The position numbers and the translations under genes are program-made. From positions 1 through 58,267 of IMG/VR virus record IMGVR_UViG_3300036853_000250: DNA of 58,267 nt; one strand, 5' to 3'. The notes under the pieces were generated by a model. The model searched no databases. It was given only the letters and a program-made list of their open reading frames with translations, and had not been told where the DNA came from. The DNA comes from a virus. Numbering within the stretch: the first letter of the stretch is position 1; the number at the start of each line of letters is the position of its first letter. This document shows positions 1-6,226 of this stretch, in pieces.

Positions 1-121
1 ATGTCGTGTACGTAGCTCATGTGTTCCTCTGCTTTCTAAAATTCTTCGTGCTGTTGTGGTCGTACTCCTCGGTCGACACCAGCTTGATGTTGCGCCGCGT
101 GACCGGCGGCAGGTCGAGCCG
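1..121. repeat. Terminal direct repeat, left copy (identical to 58147..58267)
   Basis: 121/121 nt identity read directly between the two window ends. Confidence 0.95.
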
Positions 122-214
122 CTTGAACTGGCGCCGGACCTTGATGGCCCGGCGTGCGTTGCTGGCGCACCAGCCGGCGAGGAAGGCGCAGAAGGCGATG
201 GTGAGCAGCGTCAT
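17..214 (-). CDS. small membrane protein (65 aa), early-left operon
   Basis: Hydrophobic N-terminus LLTIAFCAFLAGW. The ATG at 214 shares a base with the stop of 214..615. Its stop (17..19) overlaps the ATG at 18..20, which equals 58164..58166 of the next gene across the junction. Confidence 0.5.
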   Translation of the reverse strand: MTLLTIAFCAFLAGWCASNARRAIKVRRQFKRLDLPPVTRRNIKLVSTEEYDHNSTKNFRKQRNT

Positions 215-615
215 CAGTTGGCTCCGAGCAGGCGGTCGAGCAGCGCCAGATCTTCTGTCCTGTGCTTGCTGGTGTTGAAACAGTCAATAATTTTTCTTAT
301 CCTTAGTAGCGATCCGCGCTCCTCCTCGGTCAGCTTCACCGCCGGCATGGCCAGCTGATCCGCGGCGCGGGTGGCGACGCCATCGCCCATCTCAGTCCAG
401 TCCGCAAGCTGAATGCTGTCGTTGTCGTGAATGCACAGTGCATCGTGTACCGATTTCCGCACGACCGCCCGCACCCGCTCCCTGTCCGCAGCGATGGCGG
501 AGCGATGACGCTTGACCTCGATGGCCAGCCTGGTCACCCAGTCGACGAGCCCATCGTAGTCGGCATCGATTGCGCTGAACACGAGCGCGAGTTCCTTGTC
601 GGTCAAGTCCGCCAT
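214..615 (-). CDS. hypothetical early protein (133 aa)
   Basis: ORF 214..714 trimmed to the ATG at 615 (MADLTDKEL...), which overlaps the upstream stop. Confidence 0.6.
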   Translation of the reverse strand: MADLTDKELALVFSAIDADYDGLVDWVTRLAIEVKRHRSAIAADRERVRAVVRKSVHDALCIHDNDSIQLADWTEMGDGVATRAADQLAMPAVKLTEEERGSLLRIRKIIDCFNTSKHRTEDLALLDRLLGAN

Positions 616-1016
616 CACGCCACCCTCCGTCCACACCCGCACATGACCTCCGACGGCCCCAGCACACAGACGTAGTCGCCGGTTTCCCAGTCTCCACCCT
701 CCGACACGTGCCACTGGCGCTCTCCGTTGTTCACCTGCACCGGCGCCCCGAGCCCCAGCAGCGTCGCGATGTCAGCGGCGGCGCTTACCGACTCGCAGAC
801 GATTCGCGCGCTGTAGCCGTCGGGGCGCACGGTGACGGTGACCTCCGCGGCGCCGATGGCGCGGACCATCTCGACCCACGCCGGCACTGGGTCGGTGCGC
901 AAGGACTGCGCGGCGTTCGCGGCGATGGCCTTTGAGATGAGGTCGACGTTTGCGGTCGGCGCGACCTGATCGAGAGCGGCCTTGACCGACTCGGCGATGA
1001 TGGATGTGATGGTCAC
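615..1016 (-). CDS. hypothetical early protein (133 aa)
   Basis: ORF 615..1250 trimmed to the GTG at 1016 (VTITSIIAESV...), with a GTGA overlap on the stop of 1013..1219. The upstream part of the long ORF is an Arg/Gly-rich shadow. Confidence 0.5.
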   Translation of the reverse strand: MTITSIIAESVKAALDQVAPTANVDLISKAIAANAAQSLRTDPVPAWVEMVRAIGAAEVTVTVRPDGYSARIVCESVSAAADIATLLGLGAPVQVNNGERQWHVSEGGDWETGDYVCVLGPSEVMCGCGRRVA

Positions 1017-1219
1017 GCGACCCTCCGATGCCGAGCCGTCGGCTCGTCGCTGACCGCGAGCGGTACCCCGGCCGCGGCCAGCTGAGAGTCCCGCAGACGG
1101 AGCGTGTCCTGTAGCTCGGCGATGTAGACCTGCGCCTCTTTGAAAGAGCGGCGCAACGCCACGATCTCGGACGTGGTCATCAGCCGCGCCTCGTGGCGCT
1201 CGCGCTCCTCCGGGCTCAC
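1013..1219 (-). CDS. hypothetical coiled-coil protein (68 aa)
   Basis: ORF track; 4-nt overlaps with both neighbours. Confidence 0.55.
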   Translation of the reverse strand: MSPEERERHEARLMTTSEIVALRRSFKEAQVYIAELQDTLRLRDSQLAAAGVPLAVSDEPTARHRRVA

Positions 1220-1590
1220 GAGTACACCTCGACGACGTACTCGCCGTCATCGGCCATCCGGTCGAGGATCGCCAGGTGGTCGGCCGTCGTCTGGCGGATC
1301 ACGGCATCGGCGTCGGCGAGCAGCTGGCGCATGCGCGCCAGCTCGGCCCGGTCGACGGAATGCTGCTGGGTGAGACTGTGCGCCAGCTGATGGGCCTGTG
1401 CGAGCTCGTACCGCAGATCGGCGAGGTCCTGCCGGGCCTGCTCGAGTAGCCCGCACGTGACTGCGTGCGCCTGGCGCTCCACCTCGAGCTCGGCGTCCGA
1501 GCCGAAGTCGGGCAGCGCGGCCGGGATGGCGGGCCGGCGCTGGTCGAGCCGGATGCCGATGATGGTGTTGTTGGCTGAGAGGATGTTCAC
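1216..1590 (-). CDS. hypothetical coiled-coil protein (124 aa)
   Basis: ORF track; GTG start; helical repeats such as LADLRYELAQAHQLAHSLTQQ. Confidence 0.6.
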   Translation of the reverse strand: MNILSANNTIIGIRLDQRRPAIPAALPDFGSDAELEVERQAHAVTCGLLEQARQDLADLRYELAQAHQLAHSLTQQHSVDRAELARMRQLLADADAVIRQTTADHLAILDRMADDGEYVVEVYS

Positions 1591-1694
1591 AGGTCTCCTG
1601 CATGCGGCCTGGGCCGCTTGTTGATTCGTTGGTAGCGGCCAATGAGGTAGGCCGCGACGGTGATGGCGAGCCAGAGCAGAGTGAGTCGGTACAT
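1587..1694 (-). CDS. possible 35-aa single-pass membrane peptide
   Basis: Below the ORF-track cut-off. Hand translation is MYRLTLLWLAITVAAYLIGRYQRINKRPRPHAGDL. Its stop overlaps the GTG at 1590 (GTGA). Confidence 0.3.
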   Translation of the reverse strand: MYRLTLLWLAITVAAYLIGRYQRINKRPRPHAGDL

Positions 1695-1701
1695 CAGCGG
1701 A

Positions 1702-1875
1702 CTACGCTATCAAGTCGATGATCGACTTAGCGGACTGCACAGTTGGGGTTTGATGCTGGATTACACAGCCGTCACGCGTGATGCTGTAGCCGGCATCGCT
1801 GCGCCGTTGGATGAGATATCCACGGTAAGCAAACTGATGCAATTGCTCGAAGGATTGCGACTTGTGCTTCCCCAT
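1702..1875 (-). CDS. possible 57-aa protein
   Basis: Below the cut-off. Hand translation is MGKHKSQSFEQLHQFAYRGYLIQRRSDAGYSITRDGCVIQHQTPTVQSAKSIIDLIA. AGGAG lies just upstream. It overlaps the tail of 1761..2075 in another frame. Confidence 0.4.
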   Translation of the reverse strand: MGKHKSQSFEQLHQFAYRGYLIQRRSDAGYSITRDGCVIQHQTPTVQSAKSIIDLIA

Positions 1876-2075
1876 CGCTCCTGCCCCTCTCCCCGCTCAC
1901 GGCGGGCGCGTATGCGACGAGACGGCACGGTGTAGCTTTCGCCGGACCGCGTTGCCTGGACGACCCACCACGATCCGCTGGCGTACTCGACGACCGTCCC
2001 TGGCTGCCAGGACACACCCGGTGTCGCCTGAATCTCCACAAGCTGTCCCCGATGAAACTTGGTATCAAGCCCCAC
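1761..2075 (-). CDS. hypothetical protein with SH3/Tudor-like N-terminal half (104 aa)
   Basis: GQLVEIQATPGVSWQPGTVVEYASGSWWVV. The last ~40 aa are low-complexity and overlap 1702..1875. Confidence 0.5.
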   Translation of the reverse strand: MGLDTKFHRGQLVEIQATPGVSWQPGTVVEYASGSWWVVQATRSGESYTVPSRRIRARRERGEGQERWGSTSRNPSSNCISLLTVDISSNGAAMPATASRVTAV

Positions 2076-2077
2076 GA

Positions 2078-2278
2078 CTACCTCCCTCCGCCACGGACAG
2101 GCTCGTCATCCTTGCCGCGCTCACCGGGGCCGAGAACGATGCGCGTCGTCACGTGGATCGAGTCGCGGTTTCCGCCGTTGGGGCAGACGTGCGACTCGAC
2201 TAGATCGATAGGGTCGACACCGTTTGCTGACGCGGTAATGCCACAGCGGTCACACTTCACGTCATGCAGCGTGCGCAT
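2078..2278 (-). CDS. hypothetical protein (66 aa)
   Basis: ORF track; CDRCG motif near the N-terminus. Confidence 0.5.
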   Translation of the reverse strand: MRTLHDVKCDRCGITASANGVDPIDLVESHVCPNGGNRDSIHVTTRIVLGPGERGKDDEPVRGGGR

Positions 2279-2280
2279 GG

Positions 2281-2493
2281 CTACCTCCCTCCGCTACAGC
2301 GGGCGTTGATGGCGGCGGCGATGGCGGAGCGTGCTTGGTACCTGGAGCTGGCCCTCATCATTCCGCCCGCGTGACACAGGTCTGTCCAGTCAGGTGGCGG
2401 ACGCAGCGCATCCGCGATGGTCATCTCTGACACACCAAACGACGACCCAGATGACCGGATCTGCTCGTCCGTCAGGTTCTCGGCGGTGACCAT
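2281..2493 (-). CDS. hypothetical protein (70 aa)
   Basis: ORF 2281..2496; the ATG at 2493 shares a base with the upstream stop. Confidence 0.5.
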   Translation of the reverse strand: MVTAENLTDEQIRSSGSSFGVSEMTIADALRPPPDWTDLCHAGGMMRASSRYQARSAIAAAINARCSGGR

Positions 2494-2804
2494 CACGCAC
2501 CCCTCCTCTCGAGAAACTCCGCATACCAGGCGTCAGACTCGGCCTCGAGCGGCACGTACTTCACCGGCCTCGTCGGAGCCCGCCCGCGCGCCGGCTCGGT
2601 CCGCGACTGCCACGGCTTGTGGTCGACGTACGTCGGCAGGTCGTCGAACTCGGTCACGTCCGGTCCGCGAGCGTCGGCCAGCACCGCCAGGACCAGGTCC
2701 TCCGACGTGTCGCCGGCCAGCACCGAGTCGCACAGGTCCTCGAGCTCCGTGTGGCCGTGTTCGGCGGCGTAGCACGCGATGTGCTCGATCAGCTGTGCGT
2801 TCAT
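2493..2804 (-). CDS. hypothetical acidic protein (103 aa)
   Basis: ORF 2493..2834 trimmed to the ATG at 2804 (MNAQLIEHIACY...), with an ATGA overlap. Confidence 0.55.
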   Translation of the reverse strand: MNAQLIEHIACYAAEHGHTELEDLCDSVLAGDTSEDLVLAVLADARGPDVTEFDDLPTYVDHKPWQSRTEPARGRAPTRPVKYVPLEAESDAWYAEFLERRGA

Positions 2805-3097
2805 GGCGTCACCCGAGCCGCGCACAGAGGACACGTCGGCGACCCCGACTCGACCGCATCACAGAGAGCACCCGCCTTGACCTTGCGGCACAGAGCGGTC
2901 TCCCCGCCGTCGACAGACGCGTGGGTCAGCAGGGTGCGCTCGCCGATGTCCTTTCCGCGGTACGCGCCGGCCAGAACACCGTGCACCGTGAACGGAGCGT
3001 ATGTTTTGCGAGGACGCTTGCGGCGCGACGCACCCATCATCCGGTCGAACGCCTCGTCATCGAGCCCATCCGGGCCGTCGTCCACTCCCCGGATCAC
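2801..3097 (-). CDS. hypothetical Cys-containing protein (98 aa)
   Basis: ORF 2801..3175 trimmed to the GTG at 3097 (GTGA overlap with the stop of 3094..3414). C-terminus is ...SGSPTCPLCAARV. Confidence 0.45.
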   Translation of the reverse strand: MIRGVDDGPDGLDDEAFDRMMGASRRKRPRKTYAPFTVHGVLAGAYRGKDIGERTLLTHASVDGGETALCRKVKAGALCDAVESGSPTCPLCAARVTP

Positions 3098-3414
3098 GAG
3101 CACACCGCCTTGAGTCCCTCGGTGGCCTGGATGCCGGTCCACCGCGACACCGCCTGCTCGAGCCGGCGGGCGCATGCCACGGCCTCGTGGCCGGCGTCCC
3201 TGGCGCGATCGGCCACGAAGAGCACATCGTCACTGGTCGTGCCGGGGAGCGCCGCGATCTCCGCGGCGACCTCGGCCAGCTCGCGAGCACAGGCGAGCCA
3301 CGCAGTGGGCGTCACGCCGTCGCTGGCGTGGAGGTCGTTGTATTCGCGGAGGGCCGCGGCGCGGCGGGCGATGAGGGAGGCCGGGACTTGAACGCGAGTG
3401 GTTGGGCTGGGCAT
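3094..3414 (-). CDS. first gene of the leftward early operon (106 aa), apparently leaderless
   Basis: The ATG at 3414 lies 6 nt downstream of the predicted -10 TAATCT. Confidence 0.6.
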   Translation of the reverse strand: MPSPTTRVQVPASLIARRAAALREYNDLHASDGVTPTAWLACARELAEVAAEIAALPGTTSDDVLFVADRARDAGHEAVACARRLEQAVSRWTGIQATEGLKAVCS

Positions 3415-3416
3415 GA

Positions 3417-3433
3417 GTGGAGATTAATTCCAC
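3417..3433. promoter_or_regulatory. Operator O1 (GTGGAGATTAATTCCAC), overlaps the -10 of the leftward promoter
   Basis: 17-bp inverted repeat GTGGA-N7-TCCAC, one of four copies flanking the repressor gene. Confidence 0.65.
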
Positions 3434-3449
3434 CCATGCCGGTCGTCAA
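3421..3449 (-). promoter_or_regulatory. Predicted leftward early promoter (PL-like): -35 TTGACG (3449..3444), 17-nt spacer, -10 TAATCT (3426..3421)
   Basis: Read on the minus strand as TTGACG-ACCGGCATGGGTGGAAT-TAATCT-CCACTC-ATG. Confidence 0.5.
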
Positions 3450-3586
3450 CTCCTTTCGGTGGGATTTTTTTCCACTGCAAGTTCCTGCGTCGGCAATTGC
3501 TCGATGAACCGGCGGAATTTTTCCGGGTCAGCCTCAGCGAGCCTTCTCAACAAGGCTCGGATCTCAGCCCTCGTCGCACGACCCAT
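3446..3586 (-). CDS. possible 46-aa ORF downstream of the repressor gene
   Basis: Below the cut-off. Hand translation is MGRATRAEIRALLRRLAEADPEKFRRFIEQLPTQELAVEKNPTERS. It overlaps O2 and the -35 box, so it is doubtful. Confidence 0.25.
   Translation of the reverse strand: MGRATRAEIRALLRRLAEADPEKFRRFIEQLPTQELAVEKNPTERS
3459..3475. promoter_or_regulatory. Operator O2 (GTGGGATTTTTTTCCAC)
   Basis: 17-bp GTGGG-N7-TCCAC with an A/T-tract centre, 42 bp from O1. Confidence 0.6.
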
Positions 3587-3610
3587 ATCCAACCACTGTC
3601 AGCGGTCGGA

Positions 3611-3994
3611 CTAGTCGGAGTCAAGCATCCGGACCAGCAAGCGGAGCTGCTCCATCGCGTACTCATGCTTCTTCAGGGGGAGACTTCGAATCTTGCTGGC
3701 GATCTTGTCGAGCTCGTCTTCAGTTAGCTGTGGGATACCGAGGAGCGCGATGATCGGCGGCGCGTACTTCGACTTCTCGCTGGCTTCGCTCTTGAGAAAC
3801 TTGGTCAGCCCGGATTTGTCGGCCTCGATCATGCGTGCAAGAGAGGCAACGGAATCCGGCTTCCGTCCGGCCAGTCGGTTCGCCTCGAGCTTGGCTCGCA
3901 CCTTCGCCTTCCAGTCTGGGCTGACTTGGAGGCCTTCGCCATCCGGGTACTGTCTTGGATGTCGAGCGTTGGGCATGCATCGTACCGATATCAT
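3611..3994 (-). CDS. CI-like phage repressor candidate (127 aa; HTH-like, no LexA/S24-type cleavage domain visible)
   Basis: Divergent from the Cro-like gene and bracketed by operator pairs. Has the HTH-like segment SVASLARMIEADKSGLTKFLK. An alternative ATG is at 3976. Confidence 0.6.
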   Translation of the reverse strand: MISVRCMPNARHPRQYPDGEGLQVSPDWKAKVRAKLEANRLAGRKPDSVASLARMIEADKSGLTKFLKSEASEKSKYAPPIIALLGIPQLTEDELDKIASKIRSLPLKKHEYAMEQLRLLVRMLDSD

Positions 3995-4002
3995 TTTGGG
4001 AA

Positions 4003-4019
4003 GTGGAGATTCGTTCCAC
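4003..4019. promoter_or_regulatory. Operator O3 (GTGGAGATTCGTTCCAC)
   Basis: Differs from O1 only at two central positions; lies between the repressor start and the -35 of the rightward promoter. Confidence 0.65.
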
Positions 4020-4024
4020 CGCGA

Positions 4025-4053
4025 TTGACTAGAGTGGGAAAAAATTCCACTAT
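4025..4053 (+). promoter_or_regulatory. Predicted rightward early promoter (PR-like): -35 TTGACT (4025..4030), 17-nt spacer, -10 CACTAT (4048..4053)
   Basis: Same geometry as the leftward promoter, with 6 nt between the -10 and the GTG at 4060. Confidence 0.45.
4034..4050. promoter_or_regulatory. Operator O4 (GTGGGAAAAAATTCCAC), inside the PR spacer/-10
   Basis: A/T-tract class operator, close to the reverse complement of O2. Confidence 0.6.
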
Positions 4054-4059
4054 GGGGAA

Positions 4060-4323
4060 GTGAAGGCTCTCAGACCGATCCATCGCAACCTCAAGCGCCT
4101 CCGAGAGGCCCGAGGCCTGACCCAAGCTCAGGTCGGGGCTTGGGTCGACGCCGACAACTCGGTGGTTTCACACTGGGAGTGCGGCAAGTCGTCCCCGCGG
4201 CTCCGCCGGCTCCAAGTGCTAGCCGTCAAGTTCGACGTCACCGTCGATGACCTTCTCAGCGAAGCGCCGCGCCAAGATGCGCAGCGAAAAGCTCCGCGGA
4301 ATTCTGCGCGGAGGGCGTCGTGA
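4060..4323 (+). CDS. Cro-like XRE-family HTH regulator (87 aa)
   Basis: LKRLREARGLTQAQVGAWVDADNSVVSHWECGKSSPRLRRLQVLAVKFDVTVDDLL is a textbook HTH_3 domain; GTG start. Confidence 0.8.
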   Translation: MKALRPIHRNLKRLREARGLTQAQVGAWVDADNSVVSHWECGKSSPRLRRLQVLAVKFDVTVDDLLSEAPRQDAQRKAPRNSARRAS

Positions 4324-4364
4324 CGCTGGCGTCGCGCGTGGGCTGCCGGCGTCGCATGACGTCG

Positions 4365-4742
4365 TCATCCTGCACCTCGCTGGCGTTTGTAGTCGCGGAC
4401 CACCCACACCGTGAGCGCAAGCAACGTCATCAATCCCGCGACCCTTCCGACGGTGTGCGCGCGAGGCCAGCTGGCCCATCGCGTGAACGCTTCTTTGCGA
4501 TCCTCGTCATCCCTGCTCTCTCGCGTGACGAGCTGCCATCCACCAAGCGACGCACCCGAGAGGTAGCCCTCGACGAACACCGACAGGCCATGCCGTGGCG
4601 CTGGCCTGCTTGGGAGCAACGCCGCATCCCACACATCGGGCTCGTGCTCGGTGCCGTCGTCGACAAAGAACCAGACCGCTCCGCCGATGATCGCGCTCGC
4701 GACGTACAACGCAACGATTCCAGATATCAGTTGGTTGGGCAT
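4365..4742 (-). CDS. two-pass membrane protein (125 aa) antisense to the rightward operon
   Basis: ORF 4365..4820 trimmed to the ATG at 4742. Hydrophobic segments are ISGIVALYVASAIIGGAVWFFV and VAGLMTLLALTVWVV. It is convergent with the Cro-like gene. Confidence 0.55.
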   Translation of the reverse strand: MPNQLISGIVALYVASAIIGGAVWFFVDDGTEHEPDVWDAALLPSRPAPRHGLSVFVEGYLSGASLGGWQLVTRESRDDEDRKEAFTRWASWPRAHTVGRVAGLMTLLALTVWVVRDYKRQRGAG

Positions 4743-4873
4743 GCCTCCGAGCGTAACCCGACCCCGAGCCAGAAAACTTCTCACCGCGCCCCTGATAGCT
4801 ACCGGCCGGTAGGCCGTCAACGCGGCACATCTGACCAGCGTCCGGATTGGGACGCAGCGTTCAGAGGTGCCGC

Positions 4874-5098
4874 GTGACGGCAGTCGTCGTCCTTGTTGCT
4901 GTCTGGTACTTGACGCTCGTCTGGCACGCCTGCCAGCTGCCGTGGCATCGCCTGGCCAACGGCATGCTCATCGGTTTCACCGCCGGGATGCTGCTGCCCG
5001 CCGGGTGGATCGTCGTGGTCGGCGTCTGCGCGCTGATCGTCGCGGCTCGCGCTGACCGGATCGGCCCGGCGGTGACGGCCAGGACGGTGCGGCGGTGA
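4874..5098 (+). CDS. small membrane protein (74 aa)
   Basis: ORF 4847..5098 trimmed to the GTG at 4874, after AGAGG. Hydrophobic segments are VVVLVAVWYLTLVW and LLPAGWIVVVGVCALIVAA. Confidence 0.5.
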   Translation: MTAVVVLVAVWYLTLVWHACQLPWHRLANGMLIGFTAGMLLPAGWIVVVGVCALIVAARADRIGPAVTARTVRR

Positions 5099-5286
5099 CC
5101 CGGCCGTACATCCGCCGCGCCCCGGCGCTGACGCCCACGCCTGCTCAGCGGCGGACCAATGCCAGCTGGCTCCGAGCTCAGCTGCGTGACCTCGCGTTCG
5201 AGGCCGCGCTCAACGACTTTGATACCGCGCGCCTCGTCGTTGCGCTGTCTGCGATTGCAGACGGTCGCGACTGGCGCACCACGTAA
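5095..5286 (+). CDS. hypothetical protein (63 aa)
   Basis: ORF track; 4-nt overlap with the upstream gene. Confidence 0.45.
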   Translation: MTRPYIRRAPALTPTPAQRRTNASWLRAQLRDLAFEAALNDFDTARLVVALSAIADGRDWRTT

Positions 5287-5319
5287 CCGGCGCTCGGGGG
5301 AGCGCCAGAGGAGACCCGT

Positions 5320-5616
5320 ATGACCGAGGAAGATATCGCGCTCGCGCTCGAGACCATCGACGCTGCGAGCAAAGGACCGAAGCAGTGGGGCACGATCGCC
5401 GGTGACACCCAAGACGAGGTGATTCCGCGCCTCGTCGAGAACTACATCAGCAACCCGGAGGTCAGGGCTCACGTGGTTGCGATGCCGATCGACGGCACGC
5501 CGATTGAGACGAAATGCCTGACGGTGGCCGGCTGGGAAGCGGCGCTGCGCGAGATCCGGCGGCTGCGCCGCGAGCAGAGCGAACTGCTCCGCGGCATGAA
5601 GCTGAGGCACGCATGA
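5320..5616 (+). CDS. hypothetical protein (98 aa)
   Basis: ORF track; AGAGGAG upstream of the ATG. Confidence 0.6.
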   Translation: MTEEDIALALETIDAASKGPKQWGTIAGDTQDEVIPRLVENYISNPEVRAHVVAMPIDGTPIETKCLTVAGWEAALREIRRLRREQSELLRGMKLRHA

Positions 5617-5873
5617 AGGTCTGGATCACCAAGTACGCGCTGACCTCCGGCGTGTTCACTCGAGAGGTTGACGAACCGACGGACCATGACCCGGGCACGA
5701 TCGTCGACAGGTCAAGCGGCTGTCACGACATCTACAACGTTCACGGCCGCGACTGGCACCGGACCCGCGAGGGCGCTCTGGCCAGAGCAGTCGAGATGCG
5801 CGCCGCCAAGATCAAGTCGCTGGGCAAGCAGATCAACAAGCTTCGCGCCATGACCATCGAGGTGCCGAAGTGA
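5613..5873 (+). CDS. hypothetical protein (86 aa)
   Basis: ORF 5514..5873 trimmed to the ATG at 5613 (MKVWITKYALTSG...), with an ATGA overlap. Confidence 0.6.
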   Translation: MKVWITKYALTSGVFTREVDEPTDHDPGTIVDRSSGCHDIYNVHGRDWHRTREGALARAVEMRAAKIKSLGKQINKLRAMTIEVPK

Positions 5874-6226
5874 CCGCCGACTACAACCCCACCAAGTCTC
5901 GCTGCACGGCTACGCACAGCTTCAGCGACGAGCCGCTGGGTAGCGTCCGCCAGTGCTCGCTCAATGCAGGCCACGCGGATGCGCACCTCACCGCCGACAA
6001 CCGCTGGTGGTCGACGTACTCGCAGCCTGCCCCGAAGCCGAACGACGGTCCGGCGATTGCCGACCTCGTGATGGCCGACATCAAGGCACGAGACCAGCTC
6101 GGACAGCAACGCTACGGCACGCGGCTGCAGGCGAACAACGGACGGGACGCGCTCGTCGACGCCTACCAAGAGGCGCTCGACCTGGCGTTCTACCTGCGAC
6201 AGGCAATCGAGGAGCGTGGACGATGA
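5870..6226 (+). CDS. hypothetical protein (118 aa)
   Basis: ORF track; C-terminal helical motif RYGTRLQANNGRDALVDAYQEALDLAFYLRQ. Confidence 0.6.
   Translation: MTADYNPTKSRCTATHSFSDEPLGSVRQCSLNAGHADAHLTADNRWWSTYSQPAPKPNDGPAIADLVMADIKARDQLGQQRYGTRLQANNGRDALVDAYQEALDLAFYLRQAIEERGR

Noticed and set aside
1-121. The 121-bp repeat as a genuine T7-style physical terminal repeat
   Set aside because: The repeat contains an ATGA junction between two coupled genes rather than non-coding end sequence, and the phage has int/attP, which needs a circular form. An assembly overlap of a circular or permuted genome is more likely. It cannot be proven without reads.
1696-1736. Palindrome AAGTCGAT-G-ATCGACTT (1712..1728) flanked by AGCGGACT direct repeats, considered as an operator
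   Set aside because: It falls inside the plausible 57-aa ORF 1702..1875 (codons ...SAKSIIDL...). A one-base centre also cannot form a hairpin loop. A regulatory role cannot be separated from coding coincidence.
3995-4024. A maintenance promoter (PRM-like) for the repressor gene
   Set aside because: On the minus strand, O3 carries GAATCT in the position equivalent to the PL -10. I found no acceptable -35 at 16 to 18 nt, so no promoter feature is reported.
5287-5319. Short hairpin GGCGCT-CGGGGG-AGCGCC as a terminator
   Set aside because: There is no U-tract, and it sits a few nucleotides before the AGAGGAG ribosome-binding site of the next co-directional gene. It is probably just intercistronic structure.
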